Source of the DNA: Myxococcota bacterium
GTDB taxonomy: Bacteria > Myxococcota_A > UBA9160 > UBA6930
Length of the DNA stretch: 64,000 nucleotides
Direction: 5' to 3'
NCBI GenBank assembly: GCA_965223705.1
Contig: OZ245015.1
Location: forward strand, 2,976,001-3,040,000
The translations under genes were made by a program, and so were the position numbers. Shown in pieces: positions 36,808 to 45,751 of the stretch; position 1 is the first letter of the stretch, and the number at the start of each line of letters is the position of its first letter. The notes below the pieces were generated by a model. It was not told where the DNA came from and ran no database searches. It saw only the letters and a program-made list of their open reading frames with translations.

Positions 36808-36823
36808 TGCAAGCACCGTGCCG
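36808..36823 (-). promoter_or_regulatory. Sigma-54 (-24/-12) promoter for the flgB operon
   Basis: Minus strand reads CGGCACGGTGCTTGCA (GG-N10-GC), about 40 nt upstream of flgB. Confidence 0.8.
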
Positions 36824-36934
36824 CGGATTGACGGCTCGAGCGCGCGTCCTATGGCTTGTATTCGTTCAGTCCGAAAGCTCGTCTGATTTCACGTCGCAAA
36901 TTGCACGCTGGGCCGGGAGATTTTTTCCGGGTGG

Positions 36935-38107
36935 TCAGGCCAGACCGTACAGGCGGATCTTGTTGCGGAGGGTGCGGACACTGATTCCCAGCTGGCGTGC
37001 GCTCTGGGTGCGATTCCCGTCGTGTGCCGCGAGACTTCGCTCGATCGCGATCCGCTCGAGTTCGCGAAGGGACTTGGGCTCCTCGCTCGGCATCGGAGGC
37101 CGCGACACCGTCGCGGTCCGTTCGTGTGTCACGCCTGACGCGTACCGGACGATCCACGCCGTGAGCTCGTGCAAGTTTCCCCGCCACAGCCGATCGGGAA
37201 GTTCGCCCGGGGCGGGTGGCGTCACGCCGAGGCGCGCCGCGATACGCTCGACGAGTCTTGGGAGATCCACCAGGCGATCGCGCAGAGGCGGGAGGAGGAT
37301 TTCTCGCGTTCCCAGTCGGTACGCGAGGTCGCGCCGCAGCTGGCCCCGGCGCACGAGCGCTTCGAGTCCACGATCCGCCGTGGCAATGAGCCGACTGTCG
37401 AATTCGTGAGAAGCCAGACAATCCGCGATTCGCGTCTGGCTGCGGTCGGATAGCTCTTGAAGGTTCTCGATGACCAGCGTGCCATTCCCGGCGCGATGGA
37501 AAGCGCCGCCGGGCCCGAACACTTCGGGTCGTTCCATATCTCCCGGAAAGATGCTGACGAGGGGTCCTCGACGGCGGCGGCTGCTGTGGTGGAGGCACGC
37601 CGCCAAGGTGCTCTTACCGGTCCCGGTTTCACCGCAGATCGCGATGGCTGCGTCCGCCGAAGCCAGGCGATCGAGTTCTTGGAGGTCTCGCCGGAGGCCT
37701 TGTTCGTCGCTCGTAAAGCTCTCGACGAGGCGCGTGCCCATCCGGTTGTCCGATGCCGCGCGGATACTGCGTGCGAGCTGCTCCGCTCCGAACGGATGAG
37801 GCACGACGCTGTCGACTCCGCGACGAAGCAGATCGACCAGGGTCGCCGAATCGCGATGGATCGTGATCGCCACCATGCCCAGATCCGGACGATCTCGACG
37901 CAGGGTCGACATCTGCTCTCGTTGGCAGGCGTCATCACATACCGCGACGACGACATGGACCTCACGCGGTTCCGGCCACTCGCTACCCGCCGTCATACCG
38001 CTCCGTTCGCCGAAGCTGCGAACGAGTTGAACGTCTCCCCGTGAAAGAGCGCGCCGAAGCGTTCGTTCGACGCCGGGCGCCAACCCGTAGCACGCGACGC
38101 GGATCAC
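36935..38107 (-). CDS. Degenerate sigma-54 activator-like regulator (receiver-like + AAA+ + Fis HTH; FleR/FlrC position)
   Basis: GETGTGKS, RRDLAYRL, PPLRDR, WRGNLHEL and HTH GNRTQSARQLGIS are present; GAFTGA is absent. GTG 38107 overlaps the upstream stop. Confidence 0.8.
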   Translation of the reverse strand: MIRVACYGLAPGVERTLRRALSRGDVQLVRSFGERSGMTAGSEWPEPREVHVVVAVCDDACQREQMSTLRRDRPDLGMVAITIHRDSATLVDLLRRGVDSVVPHPFGAEQLARSIRAASDNRMGTRLVESFTSDEQGLRRDLQELDRLASADAAIAICGETGTGKSTLAACLHHSSRRRRGPLVSIFPGDMERPEVFGPGGAFHRAGNGTLVIENLQELSDRSQTRIADCLASHEFDSRLIATADRGLEALVRRGQLRRDLAYRLGTREILLPPLRDRLVDLPRLVERIAARLGVTPPAPGELPDRLWRGNLHELTAWIVRYASGVTHERTATVSRPPMPSEEPKSLRELERIAIERSLAAHDGNRTQSARQLGISVRTLRNKIRLYGLA

Positions 38108-38646
38108 GGGGCGCCGCCCGACACGTGCCGCGCGGATACGCCCGGAACCGAGCGGAGTGCCGTCCGCAACTCGCGCCAGCGCGCGTCGTCTCCTCGAAGA
38201 TCGATCCCGAGCTCGGCGCCGAGCTGGCCCGGCGAAACGGACAGTTCGACCGCTGAGCCAGGGGGAGCCCACTCGAGAATCGCATGGAAAGCGTCGAGAC
38301 AACGGCCGCGCCATGCGACCGGATCCACCCATAGCTGGCGATGCGGTTCCCCACGGGCGCTTGCCGTGACACAAGCCGCGGCGAGTGCGGGACGGAGATC
38401 CCGCAAAACCTCTTCCAAAAGTGCGCCGGCATGCGCCGCAGGGCGCGAATCGATCGCGCCTTGATCGCGCTCGACCAACGCCTCGATCTCCCGGTCGATT
38501 TCGGCGACAGCGCGAGCGATGTCTCCCACCGCATGATCGAGAGGCGCCGCGCTACAAGCGATTTCGTCGAGCGCGATCTTGATGCACGAGAGAGGCTCGC
38601 GCAGCTTGAGGATCCGTTTGTCGTGGGCTTCGGGGTCAGCGGTCAT
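38104..38646 (-). CDS. Degenerate histidine-kinase-like protein (FleS/FlrB position)
   Basis: LKLREPLSCI resembles an H-box without its His. No N, G1 or G2 boxes are recognisable. Translationally coupled to both neighbours. Confidence 0.5.
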   Translation of the reverse strand: MTADPEAHDKRILKLREPLSCIKIALDEIACSAAPLDHAVGDIARAVAEIDREIEALVERDQGAIDSRPAAHAGALLEEVLRDLRPALAAACVTASARGEPHRQLWVDPVAWRGRCLDAFHAILEWAPPGSAVELSVSPGQLGAELGIDLRGDDARWRELRTALRSVPGVSARHVSGGAP

Positions 38647-40659
38647 TCAACGGACCTCCGCGGTACCGACAGCCGAACGCAGGAACTCGACTTCGCGCTC
38701 GGCTGCGAGAATTTCGGCCCAGGGATCCCGTTGCGAGTCTTCGGGGGCTACGGCTCCGCCGACGCCATCCGCTTCTCCAGCGAGCTCAGCGACCCAGTAG
38801 GCCGCGCGATTCTTGAGAGGACCGTCGGGTAGATGGGCCAGTGCGTCTCGGTAGTGCACGCGCGCGAGCGCGTCGTCACCCCCCACTCGTCGAAGGCGCG
38901 CGGCGACGAGGGAAGCTTCGCCGAAGGTCGACGCGGCGCGCGCTTCCGGTCGGGCGAGCGCGAGAAACAACGCCCTGCGAAGAGCGCCTCGTGGCGCACG
39001 ACTCGTCGCCCGAGTAAGTGCGGTGAGGTAGCGCGGAAAGCGCGTTCCGCGAACCTCCTGAAGACGGATCTCGGCCAGCTCATCCGCAGCGGCGGCGTAG
39101 CGTCCCTCGGCCAGCTCGATCTCCGCGAGGAGCAAGCGCCACGCGTCCCGTTGGGAATCGTCGCGCTCCGCCCCGGCGGTCGCCGCGGCACGCGCTGTCG
39201 CTCTTCCTCCAGATAGAAAATAAGCACGTGAAGCTTCCACCGCGTACGCTGCCGTCGCTTCGGGTCCAAAGCGACGGGTCATCGCGCGATACGTATCCAG
39301 GGCGGGCCCGTGCAAGCCGACTTCGGCGTAGCACCGTGCGAGCATCGCGTAAGGCTCGTGCTCGTCGATATGCCGCAACAGCGTGACACGGCGCGGACCG
39401 AGTCGGATCAAGAGTTCGCTGCAGGGGACGCCTCCCGTGCCGCTCGCCCCTATCAGCACATGGACCACGCGTCGCGTGTCGTCGAAGAATGTCGGTGTGA
39501 TCGCCCGATCGGGGGAGTCGAAACTCACTTTTACGAGGAGTGCGAGGGCTTCTTCGATCCGGTTCTGCGTCAAGAACACATGGGCCGCGACCGAGCGTGC
39601 GTTCCGAGACACCCACGGCGAGCTGCTGCGTTCGGCGCGCTCGAGCATCGCCTGTCCGACGGGATCGTCTAGGGAGACGAGCTCGTGCTCGATCAGTCGC
39701 ATCCCTGCGAGATCGGCGGCGGGGGTGCCCAACTCGCCCGTCGCGACTCCTTGGAGAATCTCCCCGGCTTCGGGGCGCCGACGCAGCGCGACGAGTACGT
39801 CGGCGCGCCGGATCGCGACGGCAGCTCGCTCTCGGTCGCGCAAGCGATCGATCTCGACTCGGTGTAGCCAACGTTCGGCGACATCCAACTCGCCGCTGCG
39901 GTACGCGAGTTCGGCGATTCGCACACCGCTTCCACCACCGCGCTCGCCGTGAACCTCCTGAATCGCCTTGCCAAACGCGCGGATCCTCACCGGTGACGGG
40001 TCGAGCACCGCCGCAAGCTCCGCACGTCTCAACCGGATGGCATCGCCGAACGCATCCGATCCGGCGTTGAGCCGTTCGAAAGACTGGCGCGCCGTATCCG
40101 CGTCTTCGGTTTGGTAAACGAGCTCTGCGCTGTAGTAGTCCGCTGCGCGTTCGAGATCGACAGGGTCGGGGGCGCTTGCGAACTCGCGACGCGCCGCTTC
40201 GAGGGCGACCCGCGCTTCGGGTGTTCGTCGCATCGCGAGCTCGAGTCGAGCCCGCTCGAGCCAACCACAGGCTCGCTCCTGCGCCCCCGGTGCGTCACGC
40301 GTCGAGAGTGCGAGGGCTTTTTCGACTTCGCGATCACCGCGATCGGGCGGGATTTTCGCCGCGCTCAAGATCGCCTGGGCGAGATCGAGCGCAGCTCGCA
40401 CCTCGGGATCGTTCGAATCGAGCTCCGAGACGGCTTCGAGGACGAGATCTGCATCCCGCGGTGCGACGACGCGAACGCCCAGAAGATCGGTCACGCGTTC
40501 GGGAAGGCAAAGCGGAAGGGAATCCGGTGGTCCACTCTCGGGCAATCGCGTCGCGAGCAAGACGAAAGGACTCGCTGGCAAGCACCACGCGGGCGCGCCG
40601 ATTCCGCATACGAAGAGAAAGAGGCACACCTTGAGCGCGTGACGCGTCCGCTCAATCAC
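38647..40659 (-). CDS. Exported TPR-like helical repeat protein
   Basis: Signal-like N-terminus and repeated A..Y/L..G....A helical patterns. GTG 40659 overlaps the PilZ gene end. Confidence 0.7.
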   Translation of the reverse strand: MIERTRHALKVCLFLFVCGIGAPAWCLPASPFVLLATRLPESGPPDSLPLCLPERVTDLLGVRVVAPRDADLVLEAVSELDSNDPEVRAALDLAQAILSAAKIPPDRGDREVEKALALSTRDAPGAQERACGWLERARLELAMRRTPEARVALEAARREFASAPDPVDLERAADYYSAELVYQTEDADTARQSFERLNAGSDAFGDAIRLRRAELAAVLDPSPVRIRAFGKAIQEVHGERGGGSGVRIAELAYRSGELDVAERWLHRVEIDRLRDRERAAVAIRRADVLVALRRRPEAGEILQGVATGELGTPAADLAGMRLIEHELVSLDDPVGQAMLERAERSSSPWVSRNARSVAAHVFLTQNRIEEALALLVKVSFDSPDRAITPTFFDDTRRVVHVLIGASGTGGVPCSELLIRLGPRRVTLLRHIDEHEPYAMLARCYAEVGLHGPALDTYRAMTRRFGPEATAAYAVEASRAYFLSGGRATARAAATAGAERDDSQRDAWRLLLAEIELAEGRYAAAADELAEIRLQEVRGTRFPRYLTALTRATSRAPRGALRRALFLALARPEARAASTFGEASLVAARLRRVGGDDALARVHYRDALAHLPDGPLKNRAAYWVAELAGEADGVGGAVAPEDSQRDPWAEILAAEREVEFLRSAVGTAEVR

Positions 40660-41221
40660 GCGACGATTTTCGCCTCCGCCGCAGTTCTGCCCGCTGAACG
40701 TCGAGCGTGTGCTGAACGATTGCGTCCCGGTCGGTCTCCCGAATCGATTCAAATTGAATCGCGATGCTGCTCTCACCGAGGTCCGATTCATCGTCCAGGC
40801 GATCGCTGCTGAGGACCAGGCCGACGCAGCGCACGGTATGCGGTGGCGTGCCGGGCAATTCGAACTCGATCAACAAATATCCGGTGGTACCTTGTTCTTT
40901 CTCGACCGTGGCGAAACGCATCCCGGAGCCGGAGAGGACCGCGGGGCGCGGTCGGAACGGGGACAGCCCGTTGGCATCGGGTACCTCGAGAGCCGCGAGA
41001 ATCTGGTCGAGCTTGTTTTCCAAGCGAGTCAGCCATATCGCAAGACCCGCATCAATCGGTTCGATGCCTTCTTCTCCGCCTGCGGCAATCTCGGCGGATA
41101 CGTAATCGACTTCTTCTCGGCCCAGCTGCCGAAACCGCAGGGGGATGTGCGTGCGCACGCGGAAATACGCGCGTGCATCGCGGCCGTCGTCATCCTGTTG
41201 CCGGGTGCTTCGCTCGTTCAT
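40652..41221 (-). CDS. PilZ-domain protein
   Basis: RAYFR (RxxxR), LENKLDQIL, LSGSGMRF and C-terminal F..I.E.DRDAIV. Confidence 0.8.
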   Translation of the reverse strand: MNERSTRQQDDDGRDARAYFRVRTHIPLRFRQLGREEVDYVSAEIAAGGEEGIEPIDAGLAIWLTRLENKLDQILAALEVPDANGLSPFRPRPAVLSGSGMRFATVEKEQGTTGYLLIEFELPGTPPHTVRCVGLVLSSDRLDDESDLGESSIAIQFESIRETDRDAIVQHTLDVQRAELRRRRKSSRD

Positions 41222-41235
41222 GCGCTTCATCGGTA

Positions 41236-41251
41236 CGCAAGTGACGTGCCA
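41236..41251 (-). promoter_or_regulatory. Sigma-54 promoter for the PilZ-TPR-kinase-regulator operon
   Basis: Minus strand reads TGGCACGTCACTTGCG, a close match to TGGCAC-N5-TTGC. Confidence 0.82.
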
Positions 41252-41351
41252 CGGCTCGGGGCCCTTCGGGACCGGTTCGTCAGCGGGACGCTTCAGATCG
41301 AAAATTGCGGAGTTCGCTCTGAAACTCGTTCTGGGATAAGCGCTAGTGCAC

Positions 41352-41669
41352 CTACACCTTTTCACTCAGGAATCGCGCGTCGGGCCGGTCAGCATCTCGC
41401 CACCCCCCGACGGCACTGCGCCGATCCCGCGCTTCTTTCAGCGAGGCGGCGAGGCGATCCCGAGTCTCCTCGAACGCCGCAGCGAGCTGTTCTTGACGAT
41501 GCAACGCCGCTGCGAGCCAAGAGGGCCCGGGCGTTGTATCGGAGACGAGCTCCCGTACCACGGCCTCCCGATCGCGCAGGAGCGAATCGATCTCATCCAG
41601 AGCGAGCTTCCCGAGAGCGACGCGCAGCGCTTGATCGATCGCTTCGAGTCGATCGCCCGAGGAGATCAA
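41352..41669 (-). CDS. Small helical protein downstream of fliS (FliT-like by position)
   Basis: TTG 41669 overlaps the fliS stop. 105 aa with an amphipathic helical pattern. Confidence 0.55.
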   Translation of the reverse strand: MISSGDRLEAIDQALRVALGKLALDEIDSLLRDREAVVRELVSDTTPGPSWLAAALHRQEQLAAAFEETRDRLAASLKEARDRRSAVGGWRDADRPDARFLSEKV

Positions 41670-42040
41670 CCGCCCGCGGCCTCGCGTCGATCGGCCAGTT
41701 CGGTCCACGCTTCGGAGAGTGTGGTGACGACGCCTAGCGCATCCCGGATCGGCCCGGCGGTACTGCGCGCGCTGCCCTCCAAGAGCTGTTGTCCGACAAA
41801 CTCGTAGAGCGCGTCGAGGTTCGCCGCGATCTCGCCGCCGCGTTCGAGATCGAGCGCGCTGCGAAGCTCGCCGATGATGCGAAGCGCGCGGTCGAGCGAT
41901 TGTGCCTTCCGCTCCGGATCGCCCAAATCCACCGCGGCGATCGCGATATCCATTTGCCGCAACGCCTCGACGTAGAGCTTCGCGACGAGGCGCTCCGGTG
42001 ACGACGTTTCGACTTCGATTTCCCGATAGCGAGACCGCAT
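41666..42040 (-). CDS. fliS: Flagellin chaperone
   Basis: TSSPERLVAKLY, IIGELRSALDLERGGEIAANL.ALY and L.EAW. Confidence 0.95.
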   Translation of the reverse strand: MRSRYREIEVETSSPERLVAKLYVEALRQMDIAIAAVDLGDPERKAQSLDRALRIIGELRSALDLERGGEIAANLDALYEFVGQQLLEGSARSTAGPIRDALGVVTTLSEAWTELADRREAAGG

Positions 42041-42048
42041 GGAGACCT

Positions 42049-43440
42049 CTATCTAAAGGCGCCCGCCAGGAACGTGCCCTGTGCCTGAAATGTCGAGACT
42101 TGGGTTTCCAGTCGTGCAAACTGCCGTCTCAAGAATTCTTCGCGCTGCTCGAGCCGCTCCTCAAAGCGCGCGATACTCACGTCGAGAGAATCGATCCGCT
42201 CGTCGATCCCCTCTTCTCGCGTGGCGAGGAGCCCGTCGCCCACCTGCGTGATCGGTTCCAGGGCCCTGGCGAGCGTCGTCGCCACGCCATCCTCGGTTCC
42301 GTCGCCCGCGAGTAGCTCCCGAACCGAAAGGGGATCCTCGGCGAGTGCTTCCTCGAGTTCGGTCGTGTCGAGAGAGAGGCGGCCGGTGCGATCGAATCCG
42401 ACGCCGACTTGAGTCAAGCTCGCGAACGGATTGTCGGTGAAGGTGTACACGCCGCCGACGATCTGTTGGAGGTCAAACTGAATACTGCGAAGGGTCGCGT
42501 CGCCCGACAGGGGCCCGGCGCGACCCGATTCTTCATTGAACGTGGACTGTGAAGCGAGAAACTCTTGAATCGCGTTGTATCCGTCGACCAGCGCCTGCAC
42601 CTTTTCCGCGATGGATTCATCGTCGCGTGCCACGTCGATGTCGACGGTGCCTCCCGCTCCGCCGCCATCGCTGACGAGTGTGAGCGTCACGCCGGGAATC
42701 ACGTCTGCCACGTCGTTGGATTCCCGCGTGATGTCCACCCCGAAGACGGTGAGGGATGCGTCCGTCGCGTCTTGAGACACGGCGGAGTCGAAGAACGGAT
42801 CGGGCGGGACTTCGCCCTGCAAAGTCGTTGTCACGGAAAGGTCGTTGGCGGCGCCGGGCTCTGTTCCCGAGATGATAAGGCGGTAGCCCGTTCCGTCGAA
42901 CAGTGTCTCCGCCCGGACCTCACCGCTGTTGTCGACGTCACTGTTGATCAGATCGCGTAGCTCGGTGAGGGACGCTCCGGCGAGTCCGATGGTGATATCG
43001 ATGGGATCTTCGCCGCCGAAATCGATCGAGAGGGTCTGGCCGACGGATGCGATCGGGTCCGTCAGGTTCGCGAACGGTGTGCTGATCTCGCGGGCCACGT
43101 CGGCCAGGCGATTGATCGTGATATTCGTGCTACCCACCGTTGCGTCCGAGGTAGCCACCGCGGTGACCAACGATTCATCCGAAGACGTGGCGGTGTAGGC
43201 GAGGAACTCCTCGTCGAGAGACGGCGCGGTCAGCGTGCTGATCTGATTGTCGATCGCTTTCGCGGCGTCGCGTAGCGCCAAGAGGTCGGAGTTGAATTGC
43301 TGCAGCAGAGCGCGCTCTTGTTCAAGCCCGGCTCGCCGCGCTTCGAGCTGCCGCAAGGGCTGGCGCTCGACGTCGATGATGGCCCCCAGGATCGCGGTCG
43401 TATCGAGGCCAGAGGCCAGACCGTCGAACCGTACTCCCAT
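42049..43440 (-). CDS. fliD: Flagellar filament cap protein
   Basis: GLASGLDT, IPGVTLTL, GPLSGDATLR and C-terminal QFARLE. Confidence 0.93.
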   Translation of the reverse strand: MGVRFDGLASGLDTTAILGAIIDVERQPLRQLEARRAGLEQERALLQQFNSDLLALRDAAKAIDNQISTLTAPSLDEEFLAYTATSSDESLVTAVATSDATVGSTNITINRLADVAREISTPFANLTDPIASVGQTLSIDFGGEDPIDITIGLAGASLTELRDLINSDVDNSGEVRAETLFDGTGYRLIISGTEPGAANDLSVTTTLQGEVPPDPFFDSAVSQDATDASLTVFGVDITRESNDVADVIPGVTLTLVSDGGGAGGTVDIDVARDDESIAEKVQALVDGYNAIQEFLASQSTFNEESGRAGPLSGDATLRSIQFDLQQIVGGVYTFTDNPFASLTQVGVGFDRTGRLSLDTTELEEALAEDPLSVRELLAGDGTEDGVATTLARALEPITQVGDGLLATREEGIDERIDSLDVSIARFEERLEQREEFLRRQFARLETQVSTFQAQGTFLAGAFR

Positions 43441-43472
43441 CGCTCCTCCCTTTCCGCGAACGGCTGGCGATA

Positions 43473-43504
43473 GGAGCTGAGGGCGCCCTCACGCCCTCAG
43501 CTCC
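43473..43504 (-). terminator. Hairpin between fliC and fliD (terminator, attenuator or mRNA-stabilising element)
   Basis: Perfect 13-bp stem GGAGCTGAGGGCG / CGCCCTCAGCTCC with a 6-nt loop, 16 nt past the fliC stop. No U-tract. Confidence 0.65.
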
Positions 43505-43520
43505 CCATGCGCCTCCCGAC

Positions 43521-44345
43521 CTACTGAAGCAGCGACAAGGCCAACGAGGTCGATAGATTGGCTTGCGCCAATACCGACACGCCGGCCTGTTGGAGGACCT
43601 GGTTCTTGGTCAGAATGGCCGTCTCCGCCGCAACATCGACGTCTCGAATCCGCGATTCCGCAGCGGCCGAGTTTTCGACCGACACCGCGATCGACCGAAT
43701 TGTCGACTCCAGGCGGTTCTGCGCTGTACCGAAATCGGCGCGCAACCCCGTCAGTGTGTCGATCGCCGAGTCGATGGTGTCGAGGGCGGACTGCGCGTTG
43801 GTGTCGGTTGTGATATCGGCAGCTCCAATGCTGAGCCCCGTTGCCGTCGCGTCGACACCGGAGACCGCGATCCGATCGTTCGCCGTGTTGTTGGCGCCGA
43901 CCTGGAACGTCACCGTGGTCGAGGAACCGTCGAGGAGCAACGTCCCGTTGAACTCCGTCACGGCCGCGACCCGGTCGATCTCCGCGATCAGATCCTGAAA
44001 TTCCTGATCCAACGTGGCTCGTTCCGCCGATCCCAGCGTGCCGTTCGCCGCCTGAATCGCGAGTTCGCGCATTCGAATGAGAATGCCGCTCGACTCGTTC
44101 AGCGCGCCTTCTGCGATCTGCAGCAGCGAGATTCCGTCATTCGCGTTTCGCTGCGCTTGCTGAAGACTGCGGACGTCGGCTCGGAACCGTTCCGAGATGG
44201 CGAGGCCGGCGGCGTCGTCCGCGGCCCGCGTGATCCGAAGGCCGGAAGACAGTCGGTCGAATGAACGATTGAGCTGCTCCGTGGCATTCGATAGGTTGCG
44301 CTGCGCGTTGAGCGAAGCGACGTTGGTGTTGACTCGAAGTCCCAT
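43521..44345 (-). CDS. fliC: Flagellin (short, 274 aa)
   Basis: RVNTNVASLNAQRNL, RLSSGLRI..AADDAAGLAI, QNRLES and SRIRDVD. AAGGAGG RBS before ATG 44345. Confidence 0.97.
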   Translation of the reverse strand: MGLRVNTNVASLNAQRNLSNATEQLNRSFDRLSSGLRITRAADDAAGLAISERFRADVRSLQQAQRNANDGISLLQIAEGALNESSGILIRMRELAIQAANGTLGSAERATLDQEFQDLIAEIDRVAAVTEFNGTLLLDGSSTTVTFQVGANNTANDRIAVSGVDATATGLSIGAADITTDTNAQSALDTIDSAIDTLTGLRADFGTAQNRLESTIRSIAVSVENSAAAESRIRDVDVAAETAILTKNQVLQQAGVSVLAQANLSTSLALSLLQ

Positions 44346-44505
44346 GTGTTTTCGATCCTCCTTGATGATGTCTCGATCGATCAATCCGTGATCGTTCGAA
44401 AGCACGCGGCTGGCGGGGGGCGCTCCATTGCGTCTTCCGCGTCGATCCACGGATCCACTCGGATCCCGAATCGAACTGACCGCGCGATCGGTCGACGATG
44501 AGAAC

Positions 44506-44521
44506 TGCAACCGCGATGCCA
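44506..44521 (-). promoter_or_regulatory. Sigma-54 promoter for fliC
   Basis: Minus strand reads TGGCATCGCGGTTGCA, about 160 nt upstream of the fliC ATG. Confidence 0.78.
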
Positions 44522-44696
44522 TCGAAAACGGCTCGTCGCGGGTGTTGACGACAACGAGTGAACCCACCCCACGTTGGGGACGGAGTCGCGGATCAACTGC
44601 GCTTTGGGGATGCGTCCACGATCTTTCAATCTGCGGCGCCGCCCTTCAGGCTGAACGCGCACACCCGGCGCGCCGCGCGAAAACGAAGACCGGCCG

Positions 44697-44712
44697 CGGC
44701 ATCGAAATTGCT
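44697..44712 (+). promoter_or_regulatory. Sigma-54 promoter for the GNAT gene (divergent from fliC)
   Basis: Plus strand reads CGGCATCGAAATTGCT (GG-N10-GC). Confidence 0.62.
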
Positions 44713-44725
44713 CCTGATGAAAGAC

Positions 44726-45751
44726 GTGGCTTACTCCGGCGTAGCATTTTCAACACAAGACGGGCCTGTCTCGATCGTCGCTCCGCAAAATTTCGAAGCG
44801 ACGCTCAACTGGCTCGACGACCGTCTGCGGCGCGGGCTGCGCGGACGACTCGAAGCGGAGTTTCCCCGCTCTCTCGCGAAAGACGCGCCCCGCGTCCACT
44901 GTGTCGTGAAGCGCGAAGGTCACCCCGTTGCGCACGCCATGGGATTCAGCTTGGACGCGCGTTCCGCCGCAGGGTGCACGATTCGTCTCGGGTTGATCAG
45001 CCTGGTCTACACCGAACCCGCCGAACGGGGAGCAGGCCTCGCCTCGCAGTGCGTGGAAGCGTGCGTGGAGCTTCTGCGGGAGCGCGGCAGATCCATCGCG
45101 ATGTTGTGGAGCGACCGCCCGTCATTCTATGAACGGCTCGGATTCGCTCCGTGCGGAATCGAGCGCACCTTCTTCGTTCCGCCCGACACGACCCGGCGCG
45201 CGCCTTTTACAGGGACGCGCTCTTCCGAGCTCACCTATGGCCCGCCCTGCCCCGACGACTGGGTTGCGCTCGCCGAGCTCTACGATGCGAAACCCACGCG
45301 GGCGGATCGCGCGCCTTGCTGGTTGCCGCGCTACACCGCGGCGCCCGATACCTGGACGGTCGTGGCACGCCGGGGCGAGCGCGCAGCCGCTTACGCCGTT
45401 CTGGGACGCGGCGATGACTTCGCGGGCGTTATCCATGAATGGGCGGGGGACGTCGGAGCCTTGCTCGGCTGTATTCAGATTCTCGCCACAGCCAATGGCG
45501 GCGCCTACTTGCTCGCGGGCCCTTGCGAGGAACCACTCACGCAGTGCCTGCTCGAGCATGGGCACGAAGCCGCGTGGGGCGCTTTCAGCTTGGCCCGCGT
45601 CCTCTCGACGAAAGGGTTGACCGACGACCTCGGTGAGGAGATCGCGCTGGGACCTCCGGCGGAAATCCTTCGGGATCTGTTCGGGGCGCCGGAACAGAAG
45701 TCCGCTCCGCCGCGGTTCCCGCTCTATTTATGGGGCTTCGACTCGATCTGA
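44726..45751 (+). CDS. GNAT-family acetyltransferase (tandem GNAT, Eis-like)
   Basis: VYTEPAERGAGLAS acetyl-CoA motif, LWSD..SFYERLGF and a C-terminal LWGFDSI. The start is uncertain (44717 or 44726). Confidence 0.8.
   Translation: MAYSGVAFSTQDGPVSIVAPQNFEATLNWLDDRLRRGLRGRLEAEFPRSLAKDAPRVHCVVKREGHPVAHAMGFSLDARSAAGCTIRLGLISLVYTEPAERGAGLASQCVEACVELLRERGRSIAMLWSDRPSFYERLGFAPCGIERTFFVPPDTTRRAPFTGTRSSELTYGPPCPDDWVALAELYDAKPTRADRAPCWLPRYTAAPDTWTVVARRGERAAAYAVLGRGDDFAGVIHEWAGDVGALLGCIQILATANGGAYLLAGPCEEPLTQCLLEHGHEAAWGAFSLARVLSTKGLTDDLGEEIALGPPAEILRDLFGAPEQKSAPPRFPLYLWGFDSI

Noticed and set aside
44346..44567. N-terminal extension of flagellin in the ORF track (similar extensions on flgE, fliK, fliI, fliP and fliW)
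   Set aside because: RBS positions, stop/start overlaps and family N-termini support the shorter starts.
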